A stretch of 54,136 nt of DNA, filler included, from Jimgerdemannia flammicorona (taxonomy: Eukaryota), in the NCBI GenBank assembly GCA_003990765.1. It is 3 parts of 3 records of this genome, joined end to end, with 100 filler letters (N's around TTAATTAATTAA, not from the genome) between each part and the next. Parts side by side here need not be neighbours in the genome. Positions count along the whole stretch, not along the records: positions 36,161 to 54,136 come from RBNJ01002343.1; 2 more parts are not named here. One strand, 5' to 3'. Each line of letters begins with the position of its first letter. Positions within the stretch are counted from its first letter, which is position 1. The notes below the pieces were generated by a model. The model was given only the letters and a program-made list of their open reading frames with translations. It was not told where the DNA came from and made no database searches. Made by a program: the position numbers and the translations under genes. Below are positions 39,175-51,593 of this stretch, one piece after another.

Positions 39175-39675
39175 ATGGCTGAACTCAGCCCTCAACCCCC
39201 GGGCCTCTATGTGAGGCCCAAAGACCCAGCAGACCCAGCAGACCCAGCAGACCCTCACACCTTCACATATCACACTCTTGCTTCGCCTATTACCTCTCTT
39301 CGACCTGCAAACAACCCGGCCAGCAGCACGCCTCAGTGCAACTTCACTTTCTCCGCCCACACAAAGGCTACCCCGCGTCGTGTCAAGGAGCCAAAATCTC
39401 TACGCGCGGCCGCCGTTACTCAAGTTCCCTTATCAATTCCGAATCCCAACGAGCCCTCTCGCCTCAAAATTCGAATCCGGGTAGCTGACTTGCCCAAGTC
39501 AAAGGCCGATACCTCGCCAATGGACGAATCGCCGAACTCGGCGGAAGGGGGCCCGGAAGCAACCGCCAAACCTCTCCGGGGTAATGTGCCAGAAAATGGT
39601 CCTGCGGATAAGGAAGCACTGATGACCTTGTTGCAGGAGGGCGAAGATGGCAACGTGCCAGATGAGGAAGCGTAG
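39175..39675 (+). CDS. Hypothetical low-complexity Pro/acidic ORF, possibly a gene relic
   Basis: GC-rich 166-aa ORF with an ATG start. Acidic coding-like sequence continues past the stop. No recognisable domain. Confidence 0.3.
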   Translation: MAELSPQPPGLYVRPKDPADPADPADPHTFTYHTLASPITSLRPANNPASSTPQCNFTFSAHTKATPRRVKEPKSLRAAAVTQVPLSIPNPNEPSRLKIRIRVADLPKSKADTSPMDESPNSAEGGPEATAKPLRGNVPENGPADKEALMTLLQEGEDGNVPDEEA

Positions 39676-40615
39676 ACGGCGACCGTGATAAAGTCGGATG
39701 TGAAGTCGGAGGAGGGATCGGATGTAGAGTGAGTAGAGGACTGGGGAGGGCGGAGCGGCTCGGCAATAGAAGGATGATAAAGAGGAGGAGGAATCTGAAA
39801 AGTTGAATTCAGGACGTAGTGCACCCCAAAGATCAAAGGTGGGGGCGCTTGTGTAGGGTGATAGTTGGCGACAAAATATTGGCGTGGTGCACATGTTAAT
39901 AGCGGAGGTTATGGATAACTGTTCACGTTAACAATAATGTTTCCTTTTAGATTGTTGCATATTTCGGATTTTTCGGCTTTTCTTTTACTTTTCTGTGTCG
40001 CTCATGTCACTGTTGTCATCTTGTGTCAGTGCTATCATTGCCCTACTGCTATATAGCATATTGTGTTTTAGCTATAAATAAAAAATATATGTGATATTCG
40101 CCAAAAATAGTTGCAAGTAGATACATACTCGGCCAGGCGACCTACGTTATGTACTCGGGTGCAAGATATGCATTGGTGAGGACGTAGATAGCGATGCGGG
40201 CGAGGGTATCGATATGGATGAGTGCGAATCTATGAGTATCGGCTCGACTGAATTGTATGAGCCCGCAATGTGGTACACGAACTTGCATATTTGTTGAAAA
40301 CATGTATTGTTCCGGCCATTTATGGGGCGATTAGGGTGTAATAAATGCAATTGCATGACCTTTTACAGATTATCCGCTGCTTGTTAGTGACGCACTAGGT
40401 GGACATTTCGCATTGCGCCATCCTTCCATCATTGCCAACAACGTTGTGGTCGTAAGTGTGAAATAAGAAAAATTTATTTGCAAGCCCGAACACAGAACCT
40501 CCATCATCTTTTCTAAACTCGGTTACGATGGCCTTTATTATCCTCAGTATCATTTTAAGCAGGGAAACTTAATTGAGGAATTGGTACAAACCGCGAATAG
40601 CAATATTAATACCAT

Positions 40616-40649
<34 letters not shown>

Positions 40650-41822
40650 AGGGGGTCTGCGATTCTTGGTCTCATTTACAATGTTATTGACGCCCATCAC
40701 AACATCTTGCACTGCAACCTCTTCCTCACCATATCTTCTTCACAATACATCTCTGTCGTCATGCCATATCCATCGTGTGCCATCCTCCTCCTCGTCACCA
40801 TTGCCACCATCACCATCACTGCCATTGCCATTACTATCATCGGAGTCCAGTGGCACCATAGACTTCAGCATTGCAAACACAATATAGATGATATCGACCT
40901 TACGCATTATAGAGAGGTCAAATCTTCCTCTGCTCGCCGGTTCCATCAATCCACTCATCGCCTTCAATTGGCTTCTGGCCTCTGTGGGAGAGCTGATGTT
41001 AGCTTGGACTGTGATGCTGGCACCATACAGAGTGGGATTGGCCTATGACCTGAGCTGCATTAGCAGGGATGTTCTGTGGTTGAGTGGATTGAAAAACAAT
41101 GAAGTGTGATTTAATTAATAAGGAATATAGGAATGACTAAATGTACTCCATCCTCAACACAATACGATATTTTCCTTTCTTGCCTTGCACACCATCTCTC
41201 TCAACTCATTACACATTCATCCCATGAACTCAACTTATCAACTTATCAAATCACATGGCTTGTACAGTCTCTGCCCCTATTTTCCGCAATCGCTGGCCAC
41301 AAAAGGGTGGCAGAGTGGTCGATATCCGCACAGAGAGTTTTTTCTATGGGTGAGGAAGGATGAATAGATGCAAACAAAGTAAAATCATAAATAAAACTGT
41401 TGTCAATCCCTGCTGTATATATAGCTATGAGAACAATAAACTTGCCCTTTGGAGGCTATCATTTGTCATGCTATACATTTGGTAATGGCGACAGAAGTGC
41501 TTGGGCTGCTATGTGGGCACATGATGGTCACAAAATGCTAACAAATAGCAAGTACTGCTCAGTCTCTGATTACTGAATACTGAATACTGAATACTAATGT
41601 TTTCTTATGAGATAATTATATCATGCCCAGTAATATATCACCATCGCTTGCGATAGTAAAATTACAACTGGTGCCATTGTATGACCACGGAATATGTGTG
41701 CTAATTGTCCAAATATCCGATCAATCCTGACGTCCAAAAACAGATTTGACCGTCACCCGAAAGGAATTGTATTGCGGCACTGCTTCTGAACAATTGGTAT
41801 ACACACATTTACCTCCCTCACC

Positions 41823-43830
41823 ATGTCCTCCGAAGAACCTCCAACCCCCTCGCTTGACGAAATCAAGACCTGGGATGAACACAGAGTCTTCAAGCACTTT
41901 CAACACCCTGCTCTCGGGTTGAAACTCGACCATGCCACGATCTTGTGTGATCAGGAAACATACGGAGCCGCCCTCATCCTACTCACCGAAAATGACCTCC
42001 ATATAACTTACGAGGTGGATCTGTGAAGATAATTATGAAGGAGATTGCCCGATTGAAAGGTGACCATCGTCAGATATATTATTTCAAATGCTTATTGTGG
42101 ATGGGTTGTCATCCAGTAAATGGCCATGCCGATGGTCATGATCTTTTCTTCAACTTCGGCAAAGTGGCGGAAGCCGCTTAACATTCATGTGGAACAATCA
42201 TGCATCCCCTGCGCCAGTTTCAATCGCCAGAGACAACTTAGTTAGCACGGATTTCAGATACGCCAGTCCGTTGAGTTAACGCGGATTTCAGATATACGCA
42301 ATGTCGTTCCTTCACCAAGCGGCTGAGTATTCGTCGCATCTTAGCAATCAATTAGTCGGTAGCAATTTCGCATTTCAATCGTTTTACGCATCCCTCCCTC
42401 CCATCCCCTAGGGTTATTATGTACAATAAACGGCCCCTTTCGCGTATGCGAATGGCGGGCCTTGGAAGCGTATGCTTCCTTATAGCCAAACCCATTCGTC
42501 CCATCTTACATCGTACAGTTCCCTTCCTCATTCAGTGTTTACACGACGGACAGTCCCTTATTCGGACATATTTCGCTTCATTTAGGAGTTTCCTTTTTTT
42601 TTTTTTTTTTTTTTTTTAAAACATTCCCCTTTTTTTTTTTTTTTTTTTTTACAGACATTCACCAGTTAATTTTACGTCATTTAGTTTACATACATTCTTC
42701 AATTATTTTATGTTCGGTTTTTGGTTCTTTACGCGTAGGACACTTTGCCAACTGAAATGAAACATCTTAACTAGGAAACAGTAAACATGCATATACAGAA
42801 GGAGCGAAATTTTTTATACAACTATGTCATCTGGGATCATATTATAACTTGTGTTTTTAATTGTTTGACAACTATTGTCGAAAGCCCCTGGGAAGCTAGA
42901 ATTAAGAACGTCGAAGTCGAAATTGAACCGGTGACAAAGAATATTGAATTGACGTCTGACGAGAAAGAGAAAGATCGACTTTGCAAAGAATGAATAGAAC
43001 TTCGTGAAAAGGAGCACATAGTCCTCGAGCGTAGGTGGACTTGCGATTTTATTCAAAGTGATGGGGTTTCGGGAAATTCACTGAAAATGAGCGAGAATCT
43101 TGCTGATTATTCTTTCTCATTCCAGCACCCGCTTCTCATCTGACATCGGTTAGTGGCAATTGATATTTGTGGTGTTGGATAGTGTTGGATTGCCCTAATA
43201 CAATGCTTATACAACTTCTATTGTTCGCCACATGCATGTAGATGGTACGGGACATGAATGATGATATAGAAGAGTTAAAGATCGACACGAGAAACATCCT
43301 CAGCAGCCTTGACGAACTTCACGGAAAGGTTGACAGTCTTCCAAAGCTTATGCTTGATTTGCATGAGGATACAATCCCAACAGAATTACCGATCTTTACA
43401 GACCATGAACTTGAGTTGTGCGCGCAGACAGAATTTTTTTAAGACGGTTGGAGACAGCTTCGAGGCTACTGATAACCAGGTCAAGAAATATACAACCGAT
43501 GCTCCGTCATCAGTTCAGACACAAGGAAGACTGCCGGGATTGATGCAATAATCTGATCTACGAGAACTTCAAGGTGCAGCAAATGGAATAATCATAATTT
43601 CTCTGCTCAAGTGTGCATTCATTTCGAAATTCGGTGACGCGTGCACTGTCTGGTGTTCCTCTGCGGAAGATAAGGTATATAATCAGTTTGACTTTTATTT
43701 TTATTTTTATTTTTTGCTTTTCTATAGTGACTGATGAATGATCAAAATACAGTTTTATAGCTTGTAATAAAGTTTGTTCAGAAGATGTAGAAGCTCTTAT
43801 TAATGCTGTAATTATTATTGAAATTATTGT
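41823..43830 (+). pseudogene. Decayed SAM-like / coiled-coil / kinase-like gene fragments
   Basis: EIKTWDEHRVFKHF..ILCDQETYGAALILLTENDL resembles the SAM-like N-termini of Crinkler-type fungal proteins. Coiled-coil exons at about 42880-43030 and 43242-43440. Weak kinase-like relic (SDLR..AAN..ISKFG). Confidence 0.4.
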
Positions 43831-44162
43831 GTAAGTTATTCATTAATATTTTTGTTTGATGAACTTTATGTAATAAATACTGGTTTGTCTTACTATTGAA
43901 ATATTTATTTAGACTAAATAATATAAAAAATATACAGTATAATTATTTATTTAAATTTTTAGTTAAGAAATCTCTATAATAATATATTTTAATAAAATTG
44001 ATTTTTTTTATTTTAGGTTTAAAAATATTCTTCAGAAGTGTCTTTAGCTCAGAAAATTCAATCTTTTAGATATTATAATATTTTTATTCGATAGTTCTAT
44101 TATATTTAAAATCATTTATTATAGTTTTTAATTGTATAGAACTTATTTATATATCATAATAG

Positions 44163-45100
44163 ACAATAATATTGAAGACAAGAAAGGAACCACACTAGCT
44201 GAAATACTGAAAATGAACATAAGCCTACAAAATCTGGATTTAGTGTGTATGCAGAAATGAAGCACATTATATTTTTGCATTTATCCATTTAATGTTCTAG
44301 CTAGTAACAACATTTAATGTAGACAATCGTGTTGGCGATCCGGGAGCCATCGCGCTAGCCGACGTGCTGAAGACGAACAAGGGCCTGCAGAACCTGAACC
44401 TATACTGTACGTAGGAACGAAGCGCGTTACGTTTTTTTGCGTTCGTCTGTTTGGCCTTCCAGTGCGTACATCCCGTGCGTTCTCCTGTAGGAAACGGTGT
44501 TGGCGATCTGGGAGCCATCGCGCTAGCCGACGCGCTGAAGACGAACACGGGCCTGCAGAACCTGAACCTATACTCTACGTAGGAATGAAGCGCGTTACGT
44601 TTTTTTGCATTCGTCTGTTTGGCCTTCCAGCTAACGGCCACGCGCGTACATCCCATGCGTTCCCCTGTAGATAACGGTGTTGGCGATCCGGGAGCCATCG
44701 CGCTAGCCGACGCGCTGAAGACGAACACGGGCCTGCAAAACATGAACCTAGAAGGTACGTAGGAACGAAGCACGTTACGTTTTTTTGCGTTCGTCTATTT
44801 GGCCTTCCAGCTGACGACCGCGCGCGTTCATCCCGTGCGTTCCCTGTAGGGAACGGTGTTGGCGATCCAGGAGCCATCGCGCTAGCCGACGCGCTGAAGA
44901 CGAACACGGGCCTGCAGAACCTGAACCTATACTGTACATAGGAACGAAGCGCGTTACGTTTTTTTGCGTTCGTCTATTTGGCCTTCCAGCTGACGACCGC
45001 GCGCGTACATCCCGTGCGTTCCCCTGTAGGGAATGGTGTTGGCAAGAAGGTAGCCATCGCGCTAGCCGAAGCGCGGATTGTAAACAGGATAAACTTGTAG
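44163..45100 (+). repeat. Tandem array of one-LRR exons (84 nt) with near-identical introns; pseudogenised LRR domain
   Basis: Exons 44163-44246 (decayed), 44323-44406, 44491-44574, 44671-44754, 44850-44933 and terminal 45030-45100. Consensus NGVGDPGAIALADALKTNTGLQNLNL. Period about 180 bp. Confidence 0.9.
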
Positions 45101-45169
45101 AAATTGTGCACATTATGTCTTTGAATGCGTATATATATTTTTCTGTTGCTAATAGTATTAACTGTCTCA

Positions 45170-46778
45170 CACCTCATGGCCAAAGGATTCCAGACACAGT
45201 GTATGTCCGTCTACGAGCCTGACGAGATCGTGCAGCAACTGCGTGGTATTTGCCTCCTTCTCCATCTTGAGCTTCAAGACTTCGAATGAACAACTCGACG
45301 CCTTTAAGTCAGTAGACACTGATGCGATTTTGCAAGAATTCTTACTGGGATCCCTGGTATCAACGTAATTTCCTGAAGCCAGTTTACCAATGCTAGAGCG
45401 CCTTCGTCGCCTCTAATTTGTGCGCGCTTCAAGACATCGGTTGATCGAGGATCAATAAACTCGTCGGGGACCAGAATTTTATGATATGGCCTGTTCTAAC
45501 GTATATACTTATGAAAATCATTGCCAAAATCTTCCTGGAACATGACTTGGCTCAGGCGCTGAAGATATTTGATGACAGATACCTCGTGCCATGGATCGAA
45601 TCGTCAAGCGAAGATCCCACCGGCACCATCCGTCTTACCGCCTTCTCAACCAACACCGTCTTGCCCTGACCAGCATACCTCCAATGGTGCGAATAGGACA
45701 GGTCTTTGTTCCTCTCTTCGCCATACGCCTCAAAACGTGGGTTATATCGATAAGCTTCTCCTTGCGTCCGCAAAAAAATCGCGTGAAGGAGATCTCTTCG
45801 AGGTTGTGGGGGGGGGATGCATGATTCGATCCTGGGCTTGCCCTCCTCGCACTTGAACGCACCACCCTCTTCCCGGAACATGAGTAGAGCACCATGGCAC
45901 CGAGGAAATAGTTGCATTTTCGAGTGTCTTTTGGGTCTTTCATGGAGGCGCGCGCCTCCAGCATTGCTTTTTCGACTAGCAAGACACTGGTAGAATTTGT
46001 ACTGTGGAACCGATGGTATATGGAATGCCGTTTTCGGCCAGGGTTCGGGCGACAAGCAGATTCATGGTCGTGTCAAGGCGCAACGCGTCAGCGAAGTCGA
46101 GACCGCCTGTGTCTTGATCTTCAGAGATGAGAGCCCTCGTACCACCGTTCTGCGAGCCGCAGTGTCCCATGAAATGAATCACCGTGGCCATCTCAGGCTT
46201 TCCCCTAAGCAACTCGTACATTTGGTCGACGGTCAGTGGGAACACGCGCTGCAGTAATACCGTTCGATTCTTTTTCTCATACTGTCGTTCGGCGGGACGA
46301 TAGGATCCGGTACGGTGGTGACGATGATGCACAGTGGAAGAAGTAGCGGACGTTTCGAAGGGGGAGCAAAAATAGCGAAAATAGCGAAAGTAGCGAAAGT
46401 AGCGAAAGTAACAAAAGTAGCGAAAGTAGCGAAATTGGTGAAAGTAGCGGGGGATTCTGTAATCGAGGCCCTTCGGTTTGTGCAAGCGTACAAATATGCA
46501 TTGACTAGTCAGACATTGTTGCCTTACGTGTAGGTCGTGGTCGCCATTAAGTTCGAGCAGGATCCGAGAGCACAGAACAATTTTTTGCCGTATTTTCTGA
46601 GATCCGCAGAGTTGGGATTTGAGTCAAAGACATCGACGGCGATAGATCGACCCTCTTGGTTGAAGGAATGGCTTTCAACGAGCTGAGCCAGGTGATTATC
46701 GGCGGCGGAAACCTTGACACAGACTCTGATTTCTTTGGGATTGTCACCGTTGGTTTCCTTTGACAAGGATATTAGCAT
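45170..46778 (-). pseudogene. CHAT (caspase-like) + NB-ARC/STAND NLR-like pseudogene
   Basis: VIHFMGH (about 46179-46162), VARTLAENGIPYTIG..KFYQCLA (CHAT C-terminal half), FFCGRKEKL, P-loop GQGKT (about 45672-45658) and LVRLVDGHTLCL (GxP-like motif, about 45208-45191). Several frameshifts. Confidence 0.65.
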
Positions 46779-48329
46779 ATTTGTGTATGTGTGTATGGGT
46801 GATGGTGTGTTCTCAGTTTGACGTCCAGTTTGACGGTCGTAAACTGTTCGTCCTTTTCGGGTCGAACCCAGTTTGTGATATGAATCAGGGAACTCGAGAA
46901 GGGAGAGGTTTTTTATTTATTTATCCCAATAAAAAAAACAACGCCGCAGACCAACCGACACAATCCCATCTCCATATGGTAGCTCATGGGTAAGACTAAG
47001 AGAACTGCCATTATTTTTCTGTTCGATTTTACTTCCTTCACATTTCCTATACATCGGCACACCAACATGCCACGGTCGTACGAGTCTTGGGCTCCTCATG
47101 GCATCGCGATAACCGTTTAACCTCTAGCCTCCTCTCCATCGTTTCGGAACACTTACAGGCTGAACTTGATGCGACTGCCATCCAAAATATTTCTTCACGC
47201 AAGCAAAAATTCTCTTGCGCTCCTCATTGATATATCTTCAGCACCTGGTTGACGTCATATTCGATTTTCCTGCCATTAACTACATAGCTCCCGCAAAGAT
47301 GGAGGCACTGTAGCAAGTACAGTTCTGCCGATTGGTTGTATTCATATACAAACTGTCCGAAATCATTGTGGAAAAATAAAATAAAATAAAATAAAAGGTT
47401 TGCTTTTATTCTGTGTCTGAGGTCTAGAAAAGACGCACAAAATAATCAGAAGTTCTCTCTGGAGGATTGAATTTGTATCCGATTTTGACTTACTGCTACC
47501 TCCTCATTCGAAACGCTTACTCAAACATACACATTCTGATAGACTTTATAAAAATATTAAGTATCATTTATAACCCCTCAGAAGTTGAGGGGAGCACCAC
47601 AATTCTGATATCATACCAGATAGCAAACTCCCCAAATAATATAGTGGAGTAGTTACTGACAAAACTGTTTTCAAAATCATCTAAACCAACAGCACAACTG
47701 GCGCTCTCAACCGTCCAAAGTCAAGTACGATATTTCTAACCTTGGCGTGTGACATTAAGCTTACCAATGGAGTTTGGGTCGGGGACATGGTGTTGGAAGC
47801 CGGCTGTGGGCTGTGTTGTCAATAAAATTATGAAGGCCAATTAGAATGGAAAGAAGTTCGCACTCCAACGTTTCTGTGTTGTCTTATAAGGAAATTCAGA
47901 GCGCACACTGGCTTTGCTAACAACGACCTCAAACAACAACCAGTTGACTGTTTCCGTAGCTTATGAGTTGGAATGCCATTTAATTAAAATAGTAACATGT
48001 TTACTGGTTGTAAAGCCGCAAAGCCCTGAACCACCGCAACTCCCTTAATCCATTAACAAAGTCCATGTTTTATTCACTAGGTGTCCGCCGCACTCAGGCT
48101 TAGGAGTTCAGAATTCGCACGCATCGTTTAATTCACCACCGTCAGTCACCCGAACCTGGGCAGGCTCCATGCAGCTTGACCCTGCAAGCTTTAAGCTACC
48201 GTCGCCGCATGGCGCATGGCGTCCTCAAAGAGGGGTCTGTGTTCAAAATTCCAGAAATAATTAGAATATTGGGAATTCTTGGAATCAGCTTAGAAATATA
48301 ACTTACCCAGCAATTTGAGAGACAGTGTC

Positions 48330-48651
48330 TTCGACATTGGTGTTTGTCAGATACGCCCTACAAACCTCGGTCGTTCCCGAAAACCAATACGCATTCCTCG
48401 CGATTCGCTCCAGACCCGGCGCGACCTAGACTGAACGCCGAGGCCGAATCGGTTTGTTCCGGCCGGTTGGTGGCGCCCAGGACGAACACGTTGTACGTGC
48501 TACACATGCCGTCCATCCTGGCCAGCTCCACAGCGTCCTCCTCGCCCGACGTGGACTGGGAATCCACTTCGTCAAAGAGAACACACGGCACGGCGGACTG
48601 GATTTGGGGCCAAGCTTCGCCGAACCACATCGTGGGTGGCTCCAGCCTCAA
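48330..48651 (-). pseudogene. CDC48: CDC48/p97 D2 AAA-domain fragment
   Basis: [16 protein letters not shown] (Walker B) and [19 protein letters not shown], with internal deletions. Confidence 0.75.
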
Positions 48652-49937
48652 TGTAGTCCCTTGCTATTAAAGCATTCTCTGCAGTGTGGCCGGCACGACG
48701 TCCTTGCCATATGTCGACTTACATGGCTCGAAAACCACTTGTGGCCACGTACACGACGAGACGTGGTGCAACCAAGCAATACGCCCCGATGCCTCGAATG
48801 AAAATAGGGTATGCCTCGCGGTTCAGAATCTCTTGTCACACCCATGACTATGCGGCGTGTGTTTATATGACCTCTTTTTGGCGAATCCTATTTTTCATTT
48901 GCTTTTACATTCCCCGGCACTGAATATCATTGGAATTGTCCACAATTGGCATTTTGCAATGGCTAAGGTATTTTGGCTCCACTCGCGCCCGAAGGTTGCT
49001 GAAGGTGGAGGCTATACGATCCAAAAGAATACATTAGCGACTTCTCTCCTCGTTGGCTGTTTGGAGAGAAGGTATCAGCGTTGAGAGTATAAATGTATCC
49101 TAGGCGTGAGAAAAAATTTCAAACCGAGCGCGTTCACAATCCTTACAATCCTTTTTCCGCCTTCGGGAATTGCGTTCCATCCATATCTAAGCTCCTTCCA
49201 TTTCTTGGCCGATCCACTGGCCAATTAATATATATATGTATTCGTGCCGCTGATATTTGGCGTATCGGTTCAATCAACATTGATAAGGGTCAGTGATCTG
49301 GTGCCCGATTTATTTGCAAGATTCCCGATCACTGTTATCGCCCAACGTTTGCAGACATCAAAAGTTATTGCAATAGCGTCAGACATGAAGATTCATTGCT
49401 CACATAAGCATTCGTAAACATGTTACCATGTGGGTCGACTGGGGACCTCGTGCCACTGACAACAGCCGTATCCATATGGAAATTGACACCCAATTTTGGT
49501 GACCAAGGTGAAAACATGCGAGCCGATAACCTCCAAGGCAGTAGTGACGACCTAGGCGCCCAATGATACACACGGTACAGGGGATGCAATGGTAACCACA
49601 ATTAACAAGAATACCTTTCTGGGTTATAACTCAAGACGAAAGGGGTAGTTACTGCAACACGAGCATTTGTACTATGATGATCGCTATCCTAAGAGTCGAT
49701 TATGAACCCCTTGCACCCAGTCGTTTCATGGCACACCAAGAACAATTTATATATCGTATTACTGCGTGATACTAAAAGCGGCGACGACGTCACCTCTGCA
49801 CAAATCATCGCTCGCTTCCCAAACCATTTTTCAACGACACAACCTTTCCCTTCTTTTTTATATTTCCACCCGCTATTTTTTTTTTTTTTTTTCTCCGTCC
49901 TAGTTGGCACCTCTACTCTTCGTCCTCCGCAAGAGCC

Positions 49938-50561
49938 ATGGATAACCTCCGCTTGGGCCTCCGCAAGGCGCTAGCCGCCTTACAGCGTCCAAGGCGTAGC
50001 TCGTCCGCCGCAAAAAACGACCTGCTCCAAAGGCCCCCGACCGACCCCGATTATAAGTGGATGGGCGGACGGAGGTTTAACGGGATAAAGGGTCTCGCCT
50101 ACGTTCTGCCCAACGATTCGACTGAGGTCGACAGACTTATTGGGCAGCATTATTTGGTGAAGGAGGTGTTTGGAAGGTGAGGCTTTGGGGCTCGTTGGCA
50201 CGAAATATGACGGAGCAAGACCGGCTCAAGCCCTGATATGTACTTACAATTTGTCGGTTAACTAGCCTTTTTCGAGCTCCCGTCGAAGACTTGGTCAAGG
50301 AAGGTGCCATCGTTCTGGATGTCGGGTGCGTTCCTTTTTGATTTGCTGTTTCGTCGCCCCAAATTGTATATATATACCTAACTTGCCCGAAAATCGTTAT
50401 TATTGCAGATGTGGACCTGGTATGTGACGGACTGTACCATAGATGCGCGCAAATTGCGCACATGTCCATTTGCTGTCCCCTATTGATATATATACTCATC
50501 GTATGCCTGGAATCCTCTTTAAACGTCATTTCTCGGCCAATAGGAACATGGACGATGGTGC

Positions 50562-50598
<37 letters not shown>

Positions 50599-51486
50599 TA
50601 AAAAATCCAAGAGAACCTACGCTAAAAATCTCCGTCGTTTGCCTTCGTTTGGGTTTATAGGAAATGGCGACCCAGTATCCCGACTCTCAATTCCTAGGCC
50701 TCGATATATCCGACTACTTTCCTCACGACATTAAGCCTGCCAACTCGACCTTCGCGGTGTGCAATGTGGTTAAAGGCCTTTCGGAATACGAGGATAACAC
50801 TTTTGATTATATTTTGTAAGTGCAGACCTTTTGGTACACTCATTAAAAAAATGTTATACCTATTCGGATTGAGGGTCTCATAACAACTTCAATTACCTTC
50901 CATACATGTAGCCAAAGATTCATGGTGCCGTGTTACACGAAAGAAGACTGGAACTTTGTCATCAAGGAGTTGCACAGGATACTGAAACCCGGCGGCTATC
51001 TAGAATGTTGGGAAATGGATGCCGAAGCTCAGTGCAGGGGTCCAGAATCCACGAGCGTTGACAAGCGCTGTAAGCATCATTTCCTTTGCGCACTGTTTGC
51101 CCGTTCTTGTGCCGCACGGAAATCATACCCTTCCAACCATCGTGCCACCTCCTCTAACCCTAGCCCGAGAAGCGATGGAGCAACGCGGCCTGGACCCCCT
51201 CGTCGCCCGCCGCCTCACCTCCATCTTCGCCCTCTCTGGCCTGACCTGCGTGCAATCCGTCAACCGCTCCGTGCCCCTCGGCTGGGACGACTCCATGATC
51301 GGGAAGCTCCAGATGCAATTGGCCCGCGAGGAAGCGCGGTCGCTCAGACCGTTCATCACCAAAGTGTTTAATATCTCGCCCGAGGATTATGATGCCTCCG
51401 CGGAGAGGGGGTTCAATGAATGTGCCGAATATCACACCTATATTAATTACGTCGCAGCTTATGGAAAGAAGGCGACTGGTCATTAA
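49938..51486 (+). CDS. Class I SAM-dependent methyltransferase (fungal LaeA-like superfamily, multi-exon)
   Basis: YVLPNDSTEVDRLIGQH, VLDVG|CGPG|TWTM|EMA, FLGLDIS, EDNTFDYI and ELHRILKPGGYLE. Exons are in frame. Confidence 0.9.
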
Positions 51487-51560
51487 CTAGAGTTCGGGTC
51501 GTTTTATGATCCTACGATGGGGAATACTATGTTGACCCAATGTAACCTCATGTCGTAAAC

Positions 51561-51593
<33 letters not shown>

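Noticed and set aside
40680..41400. Possible PIF/Harbinger transposase tail
   Set aside because: Only a vague resemblance; no catalytic motifs readable.
43725..43760. Other CTGATGA/CTGACGA motifs as further hammerheads (also 45220 and 53250)
   Set aside because: None is followed by stem II and GAAAC.
44297..45183. CRISPR-like array, or the minus-strand repeat ORFs
   Set aside because: The units are fully repeated exon+intron cassettes with no unique spacers, and the minus-strand ORFs are their antisense shadows.
46366..46450. RYF / AKV repeat peptides
   Set aside because: A 9-bp microsatellite (AAAGTAGCG), probably non-coding.
49330..49600. Possible copper amine oxidase fragment
   Set aside because: Similarity is limited to a few residues.
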